From: Octopus sinensis
Taxonomy: Eukaryota
NCBI RefSeq assembly: GCF_006345805.1
Contig: NC_043000.1
Location: 82,770,001-82,834,000, forward strand
Direction: 5' to 3'
DNA length: 64,000 nucleotides
Below the pieces are notes generated by a model, which was not told the origin of the DNA, searched no databases, and saw nothing but the letters and a program-made list of their open reading frames with translations. The position numbers were made by a program, and so were the translations under genes. Below are positions 60,571 through 64,000 of this stretch, piece by piece (position 1 is the first letter of the stretch; each line of letters starts with the position of its first letter).

Positions 60571-61826
60571 GGGATGGACAAAATAATGGAAACAACTAAC
60601 ATCATAGCATCATAATTTTGAAATATCTATAAAACCGCCAAAAACGTGTTTATATTTATATTTTTTGATTTATTATTAGTGTCGCTTAATATGTTTTGAT
60701 AAAATTGCCGTTTCTTTTCAGATACCATCATAAAAAGGTAATTAAAATTCATTAAAATGTCAGATCTATCGGACTTTCAAAGCGGTCAAATTGATGGTGC
60801 TCGTATAGCAGGCGCTAGCGTAACGAAAACAGCCGAAATGTTTGGTGTATCAAGAAGTACTGTCTCGAAAGTAATGACAACCTTTAAAAAAGAGGGAAAA
60901 ACCTCCTCGTCGAAACAAAACTCTGGAAGAAAACCAAAACTATCAGATAGGGACCGTCGGACTCTTGCGCGAATTGTTGGAAAGGATCACAAAAGTACAG
61001 CTCCCAAACTGCAGAGCTTAATGACCACCTCGAAAACCCAGTTTCCACAAAAACTGTTCACTGGGAGCTGCACAAAGCCGGATTTCACGGGAGGACTGCA
61101 ATTAGAAAACCATTACTTTCAAAAACAAACGTTGCAAAGCATTTAGAGTGAAGTAAAACACCTATAGTATTGGTCCCTAGAGCAGTGGAAGAATGTTATT
61201 TTCTCGGACGAGTCATCCCTTACCTTATTTCCGACCACTGGCCGAGTATACGTGTGGAGACAGCCAAAAGAAGCATTTGACCCATACTGCCTTCTTCCAA
61301 CTGTTAAACATGGAACAAAATCTGTGATGATCTGAGTGGTTATATCTTGGAAATCCGCTGGCCTAATGGTTTCCCTTCATGGCAGAATTAGTCAAGACTA
61401 TTTAAGCATTTTATCTGATCAAATTCATCCTATGGTTGCGGAACTGTTTCCGGAGGGAACGCAATCTTTCAGGATGATAATGCACCAATTCACACAGCTA
61501 AAGTTGTTACTGAATAGCACAAGGAACATTCTAGTGAAGTTGAACATCTTTTCTGGCCACCACAGATCTCAATATTATTGAACATTTATGGTGAATTTTA
61601 GAAAAACAAGTAAGGAGTTGATATCCTCCACCACCATCACTACAAGAACTGGAGACTGTTTTAGCTGAAGAAAGGACAAAAATTCCTTTGGAAACAATTC
61701 AAACTTTGTACGAGTCCATACCTCGTAAAATTCAAGCTGCAATTACTACCAAAGACGGTCCTACCCTATATTAAAATAAATTTGTTTGAAATTTTATGGT
61801 GTTTCCATTATTTTGTACAACCCCTT
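60571..61826 (+). mobile_element. Tc1-family DNA transposon
   Basis: TIRs GGGATGGACAAAATAATGGAAACA / GTGTTTCCATTATTTTGTACAACCCC..TA. Confidence 0.92.
60757..61774 (+). pseudogene. Tc1 transposase (reconstructed DD36E), stops and frameshifts
   Basis: Paired-like HTH MSDLSDFQSGQIDGAR..GVSRSTVSKV, GRKPKL, WKNVIFSDES, VKHG, FQDDNAPIHTA, WPPQ..DLNIIEH. Confidence 0.92.
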
Positions 61827-61836
61827 TATATATGGG

Positions 61837-61919
<83 letters not shown>

Positions 61920-62046
61920 ACAGACAGAGATACACGTATATGTACATAAACATGTACAAATATAAATAATATATACACACACACACACACAATACGTATA
62001 TATACATATGTACGCACTTGCTGATGTGCATGAGAGAGAGAGAGAG

Positions 62047-62085
<39 letters not shown>

Positions 62086-62559
62086 CTGTGTGTCTGTGTG
62101 TGTGTGTGTCTGTGTGTCTGTGTGTGTGTGTGTGTGTGTGTGTCTGTGTGTCTGTGTGTCTGTGTGTGTGTGTCAGTGAGAAATATTTACATCAACGAGA
62201 AAATACTGATAAATCGGTACGTCGAACAAAATTGCATTTCAGTCGTTATCCTCGCAAGTAGAAAAACGCTACCTACACAGGTTTGCATCCCCACCCAACA
62301 ACTTTCACAGAAATGGATGTTTTGTAGAATAAAATTTTCTGCAAATACCTTTCAGGCAGTGTAGATTACAAGTATATCGGAATTTAATACGAAAAATAAA
62401 AGTCGGTGAGCACGCGCACATATATATGAGTGTAGGACAAAAGCTCCCCCCGCCCCACGCCACCAGGACAAAAGTCCCTCGGACATAGTTAAAGTGTGAG
62501 AGTCAACAAAACCCCACGGTTATATTTTTCGATTATTTTTTTATATTTTTTCTTCGCCT

Positions 62560-62930
62560 TTTGCTTGTTTCAGTCACGCTGCGGTCATGCTGGGGCACCG
62601 CCTTGAAGAATCTTTAGTTGAATGTATCGACGCTAGAATTTTTTAAATTTTTACTTGTTGCAATTATTAGACTGCGGCCATGCTGGGGCACCACCTTGAA
62701 GAATTTTTAATCGAATGTAACGCCCCCACAATATTTTTTTTATGATTTTCAACCCGCGCATGAAGTTAAGCCTAGAAGGTATCTCCACATACTAGAAATA
62801 ACAGCCTAATCTCTTGAAATTTATTTATAACCCCTCGGTTATTTTTGTTTGCGAAAAATCTTTTTCCTTGTTTCAATTATTGGACTGGGGCCATGCTGGA
62901 GCGCCAGCTTGAAGAACTTTTGGTCGCAGA
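62560..62930 (-). repeat. Three diverged family C SINE 3' ends in tandem
   Basis: GCGG(T/C)CATGCTGGGGCACC(G/A)CCTTGAAGAA recurs near 62581 and 62675, with a more diverged copy near 62888. Confidence 0.7.
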
Positions 62931-63251
62931 AAAATCAGCATTTTAAGATATATATTAAAATCTTTTGTTTTCTTTTCTCAGCACATACAGATTAATGATA
63001 ATAAGTTGACCTTTTGAACTTTCTCCGACCGTTGAAGGTCTAACAGAAGGCTAGTCTTTCAAACGTACTTCTTATTGTTTGTCTAAATAAGGAGACGGGT
63101 GTTTCTCCATGAAAATGACAAATTTTGGTTGTTATGAAGAAAAAACATGTCAGAGATATATGTAATATTTACTTTCATATTATGTGTGTATATATAATCA
63201 TTGAAATGTACTTCTTATCGTTTTTTATGTTTCTATACATTTCTTGAAGTA

Positions 63252-64000
63252 TTAGGTCGCCAAGTATGAAATTTGTAGTTAGGTATATGGTAAACTCGGA
63301 CAGCTGCTCATTTTGCGCCATTATTATATTTTGACAATCTTTATTTTTTGTTAGAAAGCTGTCACATCTATTTCTTTATTCTCATTTTGCTCTTTATAAA
63401 ATATTTCTAAAATGTTTTTTTGCTATTTTTGTTTAGAGATGACTAAGTCGGAAATTCGTACAGTTTTGAAACATGAGTTTTTTTGTCGGACATGCAGCAT
63501 CACAGACAGCTCGGAATATTAATGGAGTATTTCATTCTAATGTTATTACACAGCAGACAGTATCAAATTGGTTTGCAAAATTTAGTTCTGGTAACTTTGA
63601 CCTCACAAACGAGCAACGCGGTCGATCAGAAACAAATGTGGATAATGACGAACTGAAAGCCACCGTGGAGTCAGATCCATCTTAAAGTGCCCGTGAATTA
63701 TCGTTGTTGTTTGGCGTTAGCAAGCAAACAATATTGACTCACCTAGTTTAAATCGGAAAGTGAAAAAGTTGAATGAGTGGGTTCCACATGAACTCAATGA
63801 AAATCAGAAACAGTAACGTTTGGAAGCCTGCATTATGCTACTTTCTCGTCACAAAAATGAATCATTTTTGAATTGAATTGTAACATGTGATGAGAGATGG
63901 ACCTAATATAACAACCGTAAACGTTCAGCACAATGGTTGGACAAAGACAAGCCACCAAAACACAGTCCAAAAAGCAAAATTCATCAAAAGAAGCTGATGG
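63252..64000 (+). mobile_element. Mariner-family transposon running off the window end
   Basis: TA|TTAGGTCGCCAAGTATGAAATTTG TIR-like start; transposase from 63439. Confidence 0.9.
63439..64000 (+). pseudogene. Mariner transposase, stops and frameshifts
   Basis: MTKSEIRTVLKHEF..TARNIN..WFAKFSSGNFDL..EWVPHEL..IVTCDERW..QWLDKD. Confidence 0.92.

Overview
Eukaryotic, extremely repeat-dense window, probably from a coleoid cephalopod (octopus-like). The species call is inferred from recalled SINE families and microsatellite load; no database search was run. No host protein-coding gene can be called with confidence, and most ORF-track entries are translations of microsatellites. Recognisable content is a layered transposon landscape: a near full-length L1/Tx1-like non-LTR element (minus strand, ~49.7-55.9 kb) plus three partial copies; two tandem R4/Dong-like RLE retroelements at (TAA)n tracts; a CRE-like 3' fragment; a Ty3/Gypsy provirus with both LTRs and a 5-bp TSD; an internally deleted Helitron with both termini and a Rep fragment; two mariner copies, a Tc1 copy with reconstructed DD36E spacing, and several MITEs; fossil fragments of an older APE-type LINE; an RTE 5' fragment; about 20 tRNA-derived SINE copies or fragments; and a 100-N gap. 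The most interesting candidate system is the Tx1-like LINE. Its copies sit inside (GATA)n/(TATC)n arrays, suggesting microsatellite targeting. Its last ~50 nt are ~80% identical to the 3' tail of one subfamily of the dominant SINE, suggesting a stringent LINE-SINE partnership. One older copy also shows a twin-priming-like 5' inversion.
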